Below, one piece after another: positions 20,297 to 29,601 of a DNA stretch of 64,000 nt (positions are counted from its first letter, which is position 1; each line of letters starts with the position of its first letter). Under the pieces are notes generated by a model, which saw only the letters and a program-made list of their open reading frames with translations, was not told where the DNA came from and did not search any database. The DNA is from a virus. Location: the IMG/VR virus record IMGVR_UViG_3300035698_007355, positions 32,732 through 96,731 of that record. One strand, given 5' to 3'. The position numbers were made by a program, and so were the translations under genes.

Positions 20297-20368
20297 GCGT
20301 CATTGGTGTTAACGGTAGCATCTCTGGCTTCCAACCAGATGGAGTGAGTTCAAATCTTGCATGGCGCA
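20297..20368 (+). tRNA. tRNA-Gly(UCC)
   Basis: GCGTCAT/ATGGCGC acceptor; TCTGG-CTTCCAA-CCAGA; GTGAG-TTCAAAT-CTTGC. Confidence 0.85.
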
Positions 20369-20371
20369 TAT

Positions 20372-20443
20372 GCCTCTATAGTGTAGTAGTTATCATCCGA
20401 CGTTGTCTGCGTTGGGACGAGGGTGCAAGTCCCGTAAACTCCA
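20372..20443 (+). pseudogene. Pseudo or chimeric tRNA-Asp(GUC)
   Basis: Good anticodon arm CGACG-TTGTCTG-CGTTG, but acceptor strands GCCTCTA and AAACTCC do not pair. Confidence 0.65.
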
Positions 20444-20465
20444 TTTTTATTAAACAGGTGAGAAA

Positions 20466-20840
20466 ATGAAATTAACTAAAAGACAAATAGATAAATATCT
20501 GATTTTTTTAAACGAATACAAAGTCTATGTGGGATTACACGATTGGAAAATCATGTTAGACATTGAATTGCTGAAAGGCGACAGTTTAGCACATACACAG
20601 CCAGATAATATGGAAAAAGAGATGATAGTAACTTTATCAGAAGAATTTCTTGATAAGTCTGAAACGGTGCAGTGTAATATACTATTCCACGAATTAATGC
20701 ATGGTAAAGTATGTATTCATAACAATATGATTAGAGCACATGTAGCTATACTTGAAGAACACTTTGTTAATGATATAACAAGAGGGTTTGAAAAAGCTCT
20801 CGAAAAAGAATGGGTTAGCCTTAAAGAGGAGAAAAATTGA
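20466..20840 (+). CDS. Small zincin-like (HExxH) protein
   Basis: ILFHELMH...EEHFV. Confidence 0.55.
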   Translation: MKLTKRQIDKYLIFLNEYKVYVGLHDWKIMLDIELLKGDSLAHTQPDNMEKEMIVTLSEEFLDKSETVQCNILFHELMHGKVCIHNNMIRAHVAILEEHFVNDITRGFEKALEKEWVSLKEEKN

Positions 20841-21933
20841 AATGAAAACAATGAACGATATGTATGGAGATGGAAGCAAACACGAAGTTTGTGAAAAATG
20901 TGGTATGTGTATCACTTGCAAGGATTGTAAATGTCCAAAATATAAATACGAGATACGAAAATGAAGACAATAAAAGAATATAACAGTTGTAAAGAACGAT
21001 GGAAGAGAGCTAAAGCTAATTGGAAGAACTATGATAAAAACTTCCACACAGTAAGTAGAATAAGACTGTCAATCAATGGATTCTTAGATTATCAGAGGGA
21101 TATAAAATGAGAGGCAAAACATGTATGAAGTGTGGGTCAACACGAATCGAAATGCTACAATCAGATGAATATGCTTGTAAGGCATGCAGAACATATTATT
21201 CCTTGAGAGATATAACAGACGAAGAAATGATAGAGTGGTTTGTAAATTAATTCTAAAGAAAAAATGCAATGAAGACTATAGAAAATCGTTGTGAGCGTAA
21301 GCGAGGGGATATTCTATCTCGATGGGACGGTTACGGGATAACAAATAAGATTTGTTACGTGTAGTAATAGGTTTTCTAAAATTTTAAAAAATTTTTCCGG
21401 AGGTACAGTATACACGTCTTATTAAATAAGACAGTAACTATTCTTTTTTAAGCTTATTTTTCATTGTTACTACTCTTTAGTAACGTCATTTTGAAAATAA
21501 GTCAAATTCAAAAATCTAAAAGTAACTCGAACTTTTTCAAATCGAAACTTTTTTTCTCATAGTCGATTAACGATAGTTAAGTCACTACTCTTCAAGGGCA
21601 ACACTCGCACTAACGTCGCATCACATTGTCGCCCCTTCGCAGTAGTAACACTGTGTTGTTATTCTTTAGTAGTATATTGTTGTTGTTACTTAATAGTAAT
21701 AATAATATTGTTATTCAATAGTAGTAACAAAAATGTTGTTTTAATGATTTAAAGCTTGTTTTAAGCTTCTTTAGTCATTTAAAGCTTGTTTTAGTCGAAT
21801 GAACAAAAACAAAAACAATTTAAGCACTTTTTCTTTATTTAAAGACTAATTTAATCTATGATTATAGTAAAAAAGCTGTTTGCTTAAAACTTTTAATCAT
21901 ATCTTACAATCTTAATAAAAAAAGTCTTATAAA

Positions 21934-21948
21934 CAAAACCTTTATAAA
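21934..21948 (+). promoter_or_regulatory. BRE-TATA promoter (putative early)
   Basis: CAAAACCTTTATAAA. Confidence 0.5.
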
Positions 21949-22187
21949 GAGTACTTCACATAATAATAATATAAACAATCAAAAAAAAGTGTCTTAACAG
22001 AAGATACACGCATAACGAAAAAAGCATTTATAAGTAAAACTTTAAAATGCTAAATCTGAAACTTAGAAATGAATAAAAGCATTTCGATTTATACTTTTCT
22101 TTTATAGTTAATGACGAATATTTAAGAGCAAAAAAAGTTTATAATCTTTTCTTTACGAAAGTTAAAAAAGATTTGAGAGTGTGAAAA

Positions 22188-22535
22188 ATGTCTAAAACAA
22201 AAATCGTTTTAAGTGAAATTAGTTTAAGTGAACAATTAAAGACTGCAAAAGCTTTAGTTTTAGAGCAAAATGCAAAAATCGCAGAACAAACAAAAGCTAT
22301 TGAAGAGCAAAAAATTAAACTTGCGAATTCAAAAGTGATTAAAACAGAATCTGAATTTTTCAGAAATAAAGATGTCGAAACTGCGAAAGTCTTTAAAAAT
22401 ATGTCAGAAACAATAAAGTTTTTTGAAGTCAAATTTCCCGATTTTGTAAAACAGATTTGTGAAGATGAAAAAAAAGTTTTAATAACTGCAAACGAATTTC
22501 ATTATGTAATAGCAAGAAAGCTAAATCTTAAATAA
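22188..22535 (+). CDS. Hypothetical protein, paralog of 23572-23859
   Basis: N-terminal coiled coil, NMSETIKFFE..PDF..QIC..EFH; followed by a T-tract terminator. Confidence 0.7.
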   Translation: MSKTKIVLSEISLSEQLKTAKALVLEQNAKIAEQTKAIEEQKIKLANSKVIKTESEFFRNKDVETAKVFKNMSETIKFFEVKFPDFVKQICEDEKKVLITANEFHYVIARKLNLK

Positions 22536-22584
22536 TTTTTTTTATTTTTTTTCTTTTCAAATAAAAAAATAAGAGTGTGATATT

Positions 22585-22847
22585 ATGACTAAAAAATTAC
22601 AAATAGATTATATAAAATATGTTGATAACGTAATTATATTTAAAGACGTAAGAAAAAAAGACGAGTTGATGAAAAAAAGAATATAAAACAACAAATCGAG
22701 AAAAACACAAAAGAAATCGAAAATAAACTATATGTTGAAATTTGCGAAATTATCACGAATGAAAATTTAAAAGATAGTGAAAAGACAAAACAAATAATAA
22801 ACGTCTTTAAAGATTTCGATTTTTTTAATAATTTAGAACAATATTAA
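22585..22847 (+). CDS. Hypothetical ORF split by a -1 frameshift at A7 tracts
   Basis: Frame 0 stops at 22686; -1 frame is open 22644-22847; RBS-like AAGAGTGTGA; T-tract after 22847. Confidence 0.4.
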
Positions 22848-22897
22848 TAATTTTTTCTTTTCTTTTTTAGTAAAATAAAATAATGTGAGATGAAAAA

Positions 22898-23080
22898 ATG
22901 ACAGATAAAATAAAAGAATTAATAGAAAATATTGAACAATTAAACGAAACAATACGAGAAACACAACAAAAACGAAAAGAACTAAAACAAGAATTAATTT
23001 ATAATTTAGTTTCGGAAAGTGATTTTTTTAGTATTAATGTAAATCTTAAATCATTAACAAACAGATATTTAAGAAATTAA
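22898..23080 (+). CDS. Small coiled-coil protein
   Basis: 60 aa, followed by a long T-tract. Confidence 0.6.
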   Translation: MTDKIKELIENIEQLNETIRETQQKRKELKQELIYNLVSESDFFSINVNLKSLTNRYLRN

Positions 23081-23535
23081 TTTTTTTCTTTTTTTTTGTC
23101 TTTCTAATTAACGATAGTGAATTATATAGTCGAGCTGACGTCGATGTGCGCCTGTCGCCCCTCGCCAATAGTAACACGACTTTATTCATACGGCGCTTAT
23201 GTGACCTAATTACAACTGCAAAAAGGTGGCCGACTGTGTTCTTCTGGCGTTAATGCGGCCTAATTCTAACTACAAAAAGTTGACGGGCTTTCTGAACAGG
23301 TGTTAGTGTGGATTTCGCCTCTGGCCAGTAGTAACAACGCCTCTCGCATTGTCGCCCCTTGGCAGTAGTAACACGGTGCCGCCCCTGAACAGTGATAACA
23401 GGTTGTTACTACTCTTGAGTGGTACCACATTGTCGCCCCTCTCCAGTAGTAACAAGGCGTTGCCACTGTCCAGTAACAAAAAAAGTGTTACTACTATATA
23501 GTGGATATTGTTGTTCATTTTTGGCCAGTGAAAAA

Positions 23536-23550
23536 CGAAACCTTTATATA
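23536..23550 (+). promoter_or_regulatory. BRE-TATA promoter (leaderless gene)
   Basis: CGAAACCTTTATATA; ATG at 23572. Confidence 0.7.
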
Positions 23551-23571
23551 CTAGTCTTCATTACTAATATT

Positions 23572-23859
23572 ATGGCAAAAGAAAAAAGTGTCGAGGCAAA
23601 CGACCAAAAAGAACTTGCGGCTCTTAGAGCAGAAAATGAGGCTTTGAAAATCGCCTTATCAAAAACAGGCAAAAAAGAAGTTTCGGACTTTTTCTTTGTT
23701 GAGAAAACAGGCCTACCAATGAAATGGACTAACGTTTCGGAAACAAAAAAGTTTTTCGAGATTAACAGGCCTGAAGTTTTGGTTGAACTTTGCAAAACTT
23801 TGAAAGTGGAAATGCTTTCGTCAGCACAATTTCACCAATATCTTTTCGGACTCAAATGA
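23572..23859 (+). CDS. Hypothetical protein, paralog of 22188-22535
   Basis: Start MAKEKS at 23572; NVSETKKFFE..PEV..ELC..QFH; hairpin GGACTCA-AA-TGAGTCC plus T-run at the stop. Confidence 0.7.
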   Translation: MAKEKSVEANDQKELAALRAENEALKIALSKTGKKEVSDFFFVEKTGLPMKWTNVSETKKFFEINRPEVLVELCKTLKVEMLSSAQFHQYLFGLK

Positions 23860-24130
23860 GTCCATTTTTTTTTGATTTTCAACTTAACGATAGTGAAGTG
23901 ATGTTGATGTAGCCTTTTGCCTCTAGCCAGTAGTAACACACATAGTATGAAATGGCGCTAATGCGGCCTATTTGTCTCTCCTAAAAGGTGGCCGAACTTA
24001 TCAGGGCTATCACATTAGCCACAGACCGATTGCCTTATACCATACATATTGTTATTTAAGGATGTGTGTAACACTAATTGCTGCCTAAAAAAGTTGACCG
24101 AGTCACTATACACTAATGAATCGTGAAAAA

Positions 24131-24145
24131 CGATAAGTTTATAAA
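24131..24145 (+). promoter_or_regulatory. BRE-TATA promoter
   Basis: CGATAAGTTTATAAA ahead of several very short ORFs (24228-24727). Confidence 0.5.
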
Positions 24146-24717
24146 GATTAGAATTAATACTATATTAGGCGCAAGAAAACTTGCTGTCTCGCCTTAGCGT
24201 TGTGTCGTAAACAACTGCCACAAAAAATGAGTATATTAAACCTGTTTAAGAAGAAAGCCACAGTATATGTGGATTGGAATGCATTTCAAGACTTTATGGA
24301 CTTCCACTCTACACACCAATTTCAACAAGACGTGCGGAAATCTAACTTGGAGGCTAAAAAATGAAACAAAATACAAAGGATATAAAAAATACCATACTAG
24401 TGTTAATTCTCTATATGGTAATTATAGTAGGATTTTTCTTACTAGGAGGGCTTTAAAATGATAATTGAGATAGCCATAATAAGTCTGGCAAGAAGAAATG
24501 GTGGTTATAAAATTCCCACCGACCCATTTAATCCAATGTTTGATGCAAGATATCCATTAACTCTAGGATATAATATGGAGGTGGATTTAAATGTGTAAAC
24601 ACAAATGGTACCGAGAACTTAAAGCACCTTGCATTAGAGGAGGATGGCTAATGGTATATAGATGTCATTGGTGTAGAATTGTGGATTTCAAATACGACCA
24701 CGATAAAGAATATATTA

Positions 24718-24744
24718 AGCCCCTATAGGGGCTCCTTTTTTTTT
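24718..24744 (+). terminator. Hairpin plus T9 terminator
   Basis: AGCCCC-TATA-GGGGCT-CC-T9. Confidence 0.65.
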
Positions 24745-25104
24745 GTTGCTGAAACTTAACGATAGTTAATTGGTTCAATTGGCGTTGCTGTGGCCTAATT
24801 CCTTATGGAAAAAGGCACCCGAGTTATTTGAACAGGCGTGTGTGTGGCCTAATTCCCTCTCCTTAAAAAACCTGGGGAAAAACAACCTATAGTAAGGGGG
24901 TTTTGTGCTTGGAATGCAAAATCTCCCCTAGTAAGGGTATTTAGTTAGGCCTTCAACCAGACGGACAGTCTCCACATAGCCACCAGACCGAAGGCGTAGG
25001 CCACAGTCCATCAGGATTTGTGCTTAAAAACGAGCCACAACAATATATACCTATATAGAGAGTAGAAGTTTTTCAGGAATCTAATGAGAGGCGAGGGAGG
25101 AATA

Positions 25105-25186
25105 CTATACTTGAGCCTATACCTCCAGCTATACTTGAGCCTATACTTGAGCCTATACTTTCCTATACCTCCAGCTATACCTAAGC
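25105..25186 (+). repeat. Seven tandem ~12-bp CTATAC-N6 units
   Basis: CTATAC followed by TTGAGC, CTCCAG, TTGAGC, TTGAGC, TTTC, CTCCAG, CTAAGC. Confidence 0.85.
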
Positions 25187-25353
25187 CTTCTCAACAGCTT
25201 CCAAACCTTTCAGGATATTGTCTCTTACCAATGGTATTACTTACTAGGATATCTTGTAGCGGTTTTTGTTGCGGAGTGTTACTACTTGGATATAGTGAAA
25301 CGTATTCTCTACTGGACAGTAGTTACAAAAGTGTTACTACTGGCTCGTGAAAA

Positions 25354-25369
25354 TGACAACATTTATATA
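25354..25369 (+). promoter_or_regulatory. BRE-TATA promoter
   Basis: TGACAACATTTATATA, preceded by TGTTACTACT. Confidence 0.55.
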
Positions 25370-25495
25370 CTCACGAATCAATACTATACTAGGTTGAAAA
25401 TCTATGATGAACCACTTCCACTAGCTATTGGTAAACTTTTTTTATTATAGTGGTGGAAAGTCTCCAAGGAGAGTTCATAGAGAGGTAAACTAAAA

Positions 25496-25954
25496 ATGGC
25501 AAAAAAAGATAAACAAGTGGAAGTATTGGACAACGACGCGGAAGTATTTACTACCAAGGTCGGTTGGAACAGTGAAGATATGAAAGGCTTACCAGCACAG
25601 GCAGCAGGTTGGAAGGAAGGAGCAGCGCCCCATTTCTCAGTAGGACTTGGTATGTTAAAGGCAGTTGCTGAATCACCGAACACAAAGGAATTTGTAGTTG
25701 GAAACTATGTAGTTGGTGATGAAATAATTCCAATTATTGATGCTCCAGCTCTAACGCAGGACATTCTTAAAACCTACGCTGAATCTAAGGAACTTGAAAT
25801 TCAAACCTTCAGACTAGCTGGAAGTAGAACTGGTGCCAGAAAAGAACTGGATGAGATTAAATCCACATTTGCTGGAATTGATGATGCGGCTATGAAAATT
25901 TTGGAAGAAACAAATCCAGAAGTCTATGCCAAAATTATGGGTTTCCAAGCGTAA
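25496..25954 (+). CDS. Hypothetical protein
   Basis: 152 aa, GAGGT RBS, T-tract at 25980-26000. Confidence 0.7.
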   Translation: MAKKDKQVEVLDNDAEVFTTKVGWNSEDMKGLPAQAAGWKEGAAPHFSVGLGMLKAVAESPNTKEFVVGNYVVGDEIIPIIDAPALTQDILKTYAESKELEIQTFRLAGSRTGARKELDEIKSTFAGIDDAAMKILEETNPEVYAKIMGFQA

Positions 25955-26036
25955 TTCTGGAATCCAAAGCACCCCACTAATTTTTTTTCTTTTTATTTTT
26001 CCATATATCAAAGCATATCTATAACGGAGGAAAACA

Positions 26037-26522
26037 ATGCCTATACGAATAAATCCAGATACTGATAAGTCCACATTACAAAGACGGGCTACTCAAGCCA
26101 CAATAAAATTTCTAAGTAAATATCCAAAGTTCATTTACAGCACAAATAATCCTATTTCTATACTCCAACAAGACAATCCAAAGCTAGATTTATCCATATT
26201 TAATAATTCTCCAGAACTACTGGCATCATTTGTGTCCGATTTAGTTGAAGGAACTCATATTGAATGGACTGTATATAAAATCCAATACTCCGAACTTGTG
26301 ATGGAACAGAGTAAAGGAAGACCAGAACCGAACAGAAAAAGCGGTGGTGTTCCCGTCCATAAAACAGAACGCCAAGCACAAATGTATCAAAGATGGGGAC
26401 AAACTCATACACCAAATCTAAATCTAGGAAAGTATAAAACCGATAAAGAAAGGATAAAAGCTATCCTTAAAAGTGATTGTGCGCCACAAATAAAGGCAGA
26501 ACTACTAGGGGTTTACAAATGA
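26037..26522 (+). CDS. Hypothetical protein
   Basis: 161 aa, GGAGG RBS. Confidence 0.65.
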   Translation: MPIRINPDTDKSTLQRRATQATIKFLSKYPKFIYSTNNPISILQQDNPKLDLSIFNNSPELLASFVSDLVEGTHIEWTVYKIQYSELVMEQSKGRPEPNRKSGGVPVHKTERQAQMYQRWGQTHTPNLNLGKYKTDKERIKAILKSDCAPQIKAELLGVYK

Positions 26523-26770
26523 ACCAAAGTTTTTTTGGCAGAGCCACATTAACACCAATTGGCGCCCTAAAAAGAACACCGGACATTTTTGGCTAACCCA
26601 CATTCGCGCCAATTGGCACACCTAAAAGTAAACCGGGCTTTTTCACAATACCCATACCAAAAAACATCAAAAAGGCATCGAATCATATACCTAAACCTAT
26701 GGTTAGATACCATCACCTATATACTATTTACTAAATTGGACGGGTAAAAAGCATACCGGAGGTATCAAAA

Positions 26771-26971
26771 ATGAAATTATTGACCAAGAAAATTATAGAA
26801 CAATTACCAATAACTTCACTTATAAGGTATATTTCATTAATCCAAAATTATATGTATGAGGTATTTCCTACTATGTGTGATATGGATAAACAAAAAGAAT
26901 GGACACGATTAATGAAACATAGAGCATTTGTGGCTACAGCATTGGTTAAACAAACAGAGGTAGAAAAATGA
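26771..26971 (+). CDS. Hypothetical protein
   Basis: GGAGGT RBS; first gene of the small-ORF array. Confidence 0.55.
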   Translation: MKLLTKKIIEQLPITSLIRYISLIQNYMYEVFPTMCDMDKQKEWTRLMKHRAFVATALVKQTEVEK

Positions 26972-27183
26972 GCAAATTCAAGGTTGGTGATAGAGTAGAA
27001 AGGACTTTAAATCCAGTCAACGAAAATATACAAGTAGGCGATATATCAGAAATAACAGAAATACACGATAACAAAATATCTTTAAAAGATTTTACCCCCC
27101 TTCAGGACTGTTGTTATGTTAGAGATAATTTTGAACTGGTTAAATACACAACTTGGAAGGAACGATACGAGACCAAAGAATGA
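26968..27183 (+). CDS. SH3/KOW-like small protein with C-terminal WKERY motif
   Basis: KFKVGDRV ... TWKERYE. Confidence 0.7.
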   Translation: MSKFKVGDRVERTLNPVNENIQVGDISEITEIHDNKISLKDFTPLQDCCYVRDNFELVKYTTWKERYETKE

Positions 27184-27383
27184 CATTCAAAAAAGGAGAT
27201 AAGGTAGAAGTTATCGGAGAATATAATGGTTATAATGCAGGCACTATCTTAACTGTTGAAAATACTATCCAAAATGTTTGTTGGTTCGAAGAACCTAACA
27301 CAAAAGGTTCTACAGATTGGGGAATTCGTAACAGTAATTTAAAATTACCATTTAAAACCTGGAGAAAGAGGTATAATAAATGA
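27180..27383 (+). CDS. SH3/KOW-like small protein with C-terminal WRKRY motif
   Basis: FKKGDKV ... TWRKRYN; ATGA-coupled start at 27180. Confidence 0.7.
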   Translation: MTFKKGDKVEVIGEYNGYNAGTILTVENTIQNVCWFEEPNTKGSTDWGIRNSNLKLPFKTWRKRYNK

Positions 27384-27619
27384 AATTTAAAGTAGGAGAT
27401 AAGGTATTAATCATTTCTAATGCAGACGATGGAATATGGAACCAATATATAGGTACTATACACATTATAACAGCCGTTATAAATAACACCATTTCAGACC
27501 GTAAATATTATTTACCAATAAATCCATATTCAGAAGAAGAAGAAAGTGTATGGTCAGAAAAAGAACTGAAATTGGTAAAAAATCTTACTTGGAAAGAACG
27601 ATATGAGGCGACTATATAA
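27380..27619 (+). CDS. SH3/KOW-like small protein with C-terminal WKERY motif
   Basis: KFKVGDKV ... TWKERYE. Confidence 0.7.
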   Translation: MKFKVGDKVLIISNADDGIWNQYIGTIHIITAVINNTISDRKYYLPINPYSEEEESVWSEKELKLVKNLTWKERYEATI

Positions 27620-27876
27620 TGGAACAAAAAAACATTAAGATAGGTAAGGCTTACAAGATTGTTGGAAACAATGGTGGATGTTCTAGAACTAACCGTTGTA
27701 AAGATTGTATTCCTTTTATAAAAGGTATAGTTGTTACAAGCCTTTTGGATGAGGATGACGAACCTAATAGAACAGTTTCAGGAGATTCTTTAAATGGTTT
27801 AAGGCATTGTGGTTTTGACCCAAGAGATTTAATTCTGATACCAACTAATTGGAGGGAGAGATATGCTAACAAATGA
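27619..27876 (+). CDS. Small Cys-containing protein with C-terminal WRERY motif
   Basis: IKIGKAYKIVG ... NWRERYA. Confidence 0.65.
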   Translation: MEQKNIKIGKAYKIVGNNGGCSRTNRCKDCIPFIKGIVVTSLLDEDDEPNRTVSGDSLNGLRHCGFDPRDLILIPTNWRERYANK

Positions 27877-28252
27877 GGATAAATTACACAATATAATGAT
27901 GGGTAGTTTGAAATCCTTTGGAAAAGAATATTGGAGGAAAAAATGAAAAAAGAAAAAGAATGGATTGTGAAAAATGAGCTTGAGGAAAGCGATGATATAG
28001 CAAGTGTGGAGATAATAAAATGAACCTAAAATTTTTACTACCAAATAATCCTTCCGATTGGATATGTATTGGTTTTGTAATAGGAGTAATATTTTTCCTA
28101 TTTATGACTATGCTAACAATAGGTATGATGGAGATATTATAATGAAATGTTTCAAATGCTCGGCTACATTAACGCCTAATCAACAGGACGAATACAATAC
28201 CACAATATACACTTGTAATTGTGGCGCTATAAATTCAGTGAGGTAAATAAAA

Positions 28253-28513
28253 ATGGGACTATTTGATGATTATTTAAAAAAGGAAAAATCTTTACAATAT
28301 CATAAATACCAATTAAAATTATGGTTGGAAGAATGGTATGAATTTGTTGATGGTAATGGTGATAGTGGTTATACACTACTTAAACATATATCTTCCAAGT
28401 TAAATAAAATTGAGAAACAGGTTGATATTCATATCAAAGCGGTCAATCGTTTGGACAACAAATCTTTTCAGACCTTTGAAGACGGATATGTTCCTAGTGG
28501 AACTTTAATGTGA
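28253..28513 (+). CDS. Hypothetical protein
   Basis: GAGGT RBS, 86 aa. Confidence 0.55.
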   Translation: MGLFDDYLKKEKSLQYHKYQLKLWLEEWYEFVDGNGDSGYTLLKHISSKLNKIEKQVDIHIKAVNRLDNKSFQTFEDGYVPSGTLM

Positions 28514-28612
28514 AAATATGATGATACCAATACTATCCTACATTAGAAGAAACTTTTGGGGTATAGTTTTTGTAATATTTATGATAGGAATATCGATAAT
28601 AGGAGGATTACA

Positions 28613-28885
28613 ATGAAATTAAATAAAGGATGTTATAAAATAGATACAATTGACCAATCTACCAATGCAAAAATACAGGCGTCGCTACTTGAAAAAGGTT
28701 GTAGTTGGGGTAGGTCAGAAAATACGATACAATATACAGAAAAAAGGTATTTATTTTTAGATGATGGATGCTTTACATATGCCGAACATAAAGATTATTT
28801 TGATAACCATACTTATAAGGAAGTAAGTGTTAAAATTATTCTAGGTAAATTCAGTTGGAAAGAAAACTATGAGGCTAAAAAATGA
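28613..28885 (+). CDS. Small protein with C-terminal WKENY motif
   Basis: AGGAGG RBS; IQASLLEKGCSW ... SWKENYE. Confidence 0.65.
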   Translation: MKLNKGCYKIDTIDQSTNAKIQASLLEKGCSWGRSENTIQYTEKRYLFLDDGCFTYAEHKDYFDNHTYKEVSVKIILGKFSWKENYEAKK

Positions 28886-28942
28886 ATTTAGCGGATGAAT
28901 TACTAACGGAAGAGGAATTGTCCCGTATAGTAGAGGAAGACA

Positions 28943-29194
28943 ATGAAATTTAAAAAAGGACAAAAAGTTCTAATCAGAAAAGACCTGGAAGCAAGTAAAC
29001 AATATGATAATTGTACGGTTACAATTGCAATGAAACAATATAAAGGACAAATTGCTATAATAACAAGAACTAAAAAATATGGGATATTTGAAAGGTATGA
29101 ATTAAATATTGATGGAGGACGATGGTCCTGGGCAAGTGAAATGTTAATACCAACAAATATAAGTTGGAGAGAAAGATATAAGATTATGCCATAA
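28943..29194 (+). CDS. SH3/KOW-like small protein with C-terminal WRERY motif
   Basis: KFKKGQKVLIRKDL ... SWRERYK. Confidence 0.7.
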   Translation: MKFKKGQKVLIRKDLEASKQYDNCTVTIAMKQYKGQIAIITRTKKYGIFERYELNIDGGRWSWASEMLIPTNISWRERYKIMP

Positions 29195-29261
29195 AGCGAA
29201 CCACAACGCCAAAACGGTAGCCCTGGCGACAGGGCTGCCATTATAATTATGAGGTAAACAA

Positions 29262-29462
29262 ATGATTTGGAAAGTAGGAGATAGCGTAATATCTAATTTA
29301 GGAATAGATAAAGAAAAACATTTAACCATTACAGAAATATCATACCGTGAAGGTAATCCAACATTATGGTTCAGTGATGGTGGATGTACTAGAGTAGAAG
29401 AAATTATGGAAGGAGATTTAAGACATTCATCGTGGAAAGAACGATATGGAGGTAAAAAATGA
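29262..29462 (+). CDS. SH3/KOW-like small protein with C-terminal WKERY motif
   Basis: WKVGDSV ... SWKERYG. Confidence 0.7.
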   Translation: MIWKVGDSVISNLGIDKEKHLTITEISYREGNPTLWFSDGGCTRVEEIMEGDLRHSSWKERYGGKK

Positions 29463-29601
29463 AAAAATTAAGGACACATAATACAACTTGTTTACCACCA
29501 CATTTAAGAACAAAAAAGAAACCAATCAGTATTGCGGTAAGTAGAACTAAATCCAATAAAGATAAATTAGCATTTATGAAGAAATTTGGCGAGGTAATAA
29601 G

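Larger units (their letters stand above)
21567..24769. repeat. Four copies of near-palindrome TTAACGATAGT(T/G)AA
   Basis: At 21567, 23108, 23884 and 24756, each just after a T-tract. Confidence 0.85.
21465..25341. repeat. Dispersed AGTAGTAACA motif cluster
   Basis: Forward at 21641, 21720, 23327, 23364, 23445, 23929; reverse at 21465, 23404, 23486, 25277, 25332; variants at 23167, 23391; often preceded by CATTGTCGCCCCT. Confidence 0.85.

Noticed and set aside
20251-20469. 72-aa ORF
   Set aside because: Overlaps tRNA genes
23150-23500. Possible CRISPR mini-array
   Set aside because: Repeats are degenerate, occur in both orientations, are irregularly spaced without unique 30-40 nt spacers, and no cas operon is present
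23266-23571. ORFs 23266-23466, 23303-23518 and the 5' extension of 23419
   Set aside because: Translations of the repeat cluster; the promoter at 23536 places the real start at 23572
25084-25350. 88-aa ORF with LYLS repeats
   Set aside because: By-product of the CTATAC tandem repeat
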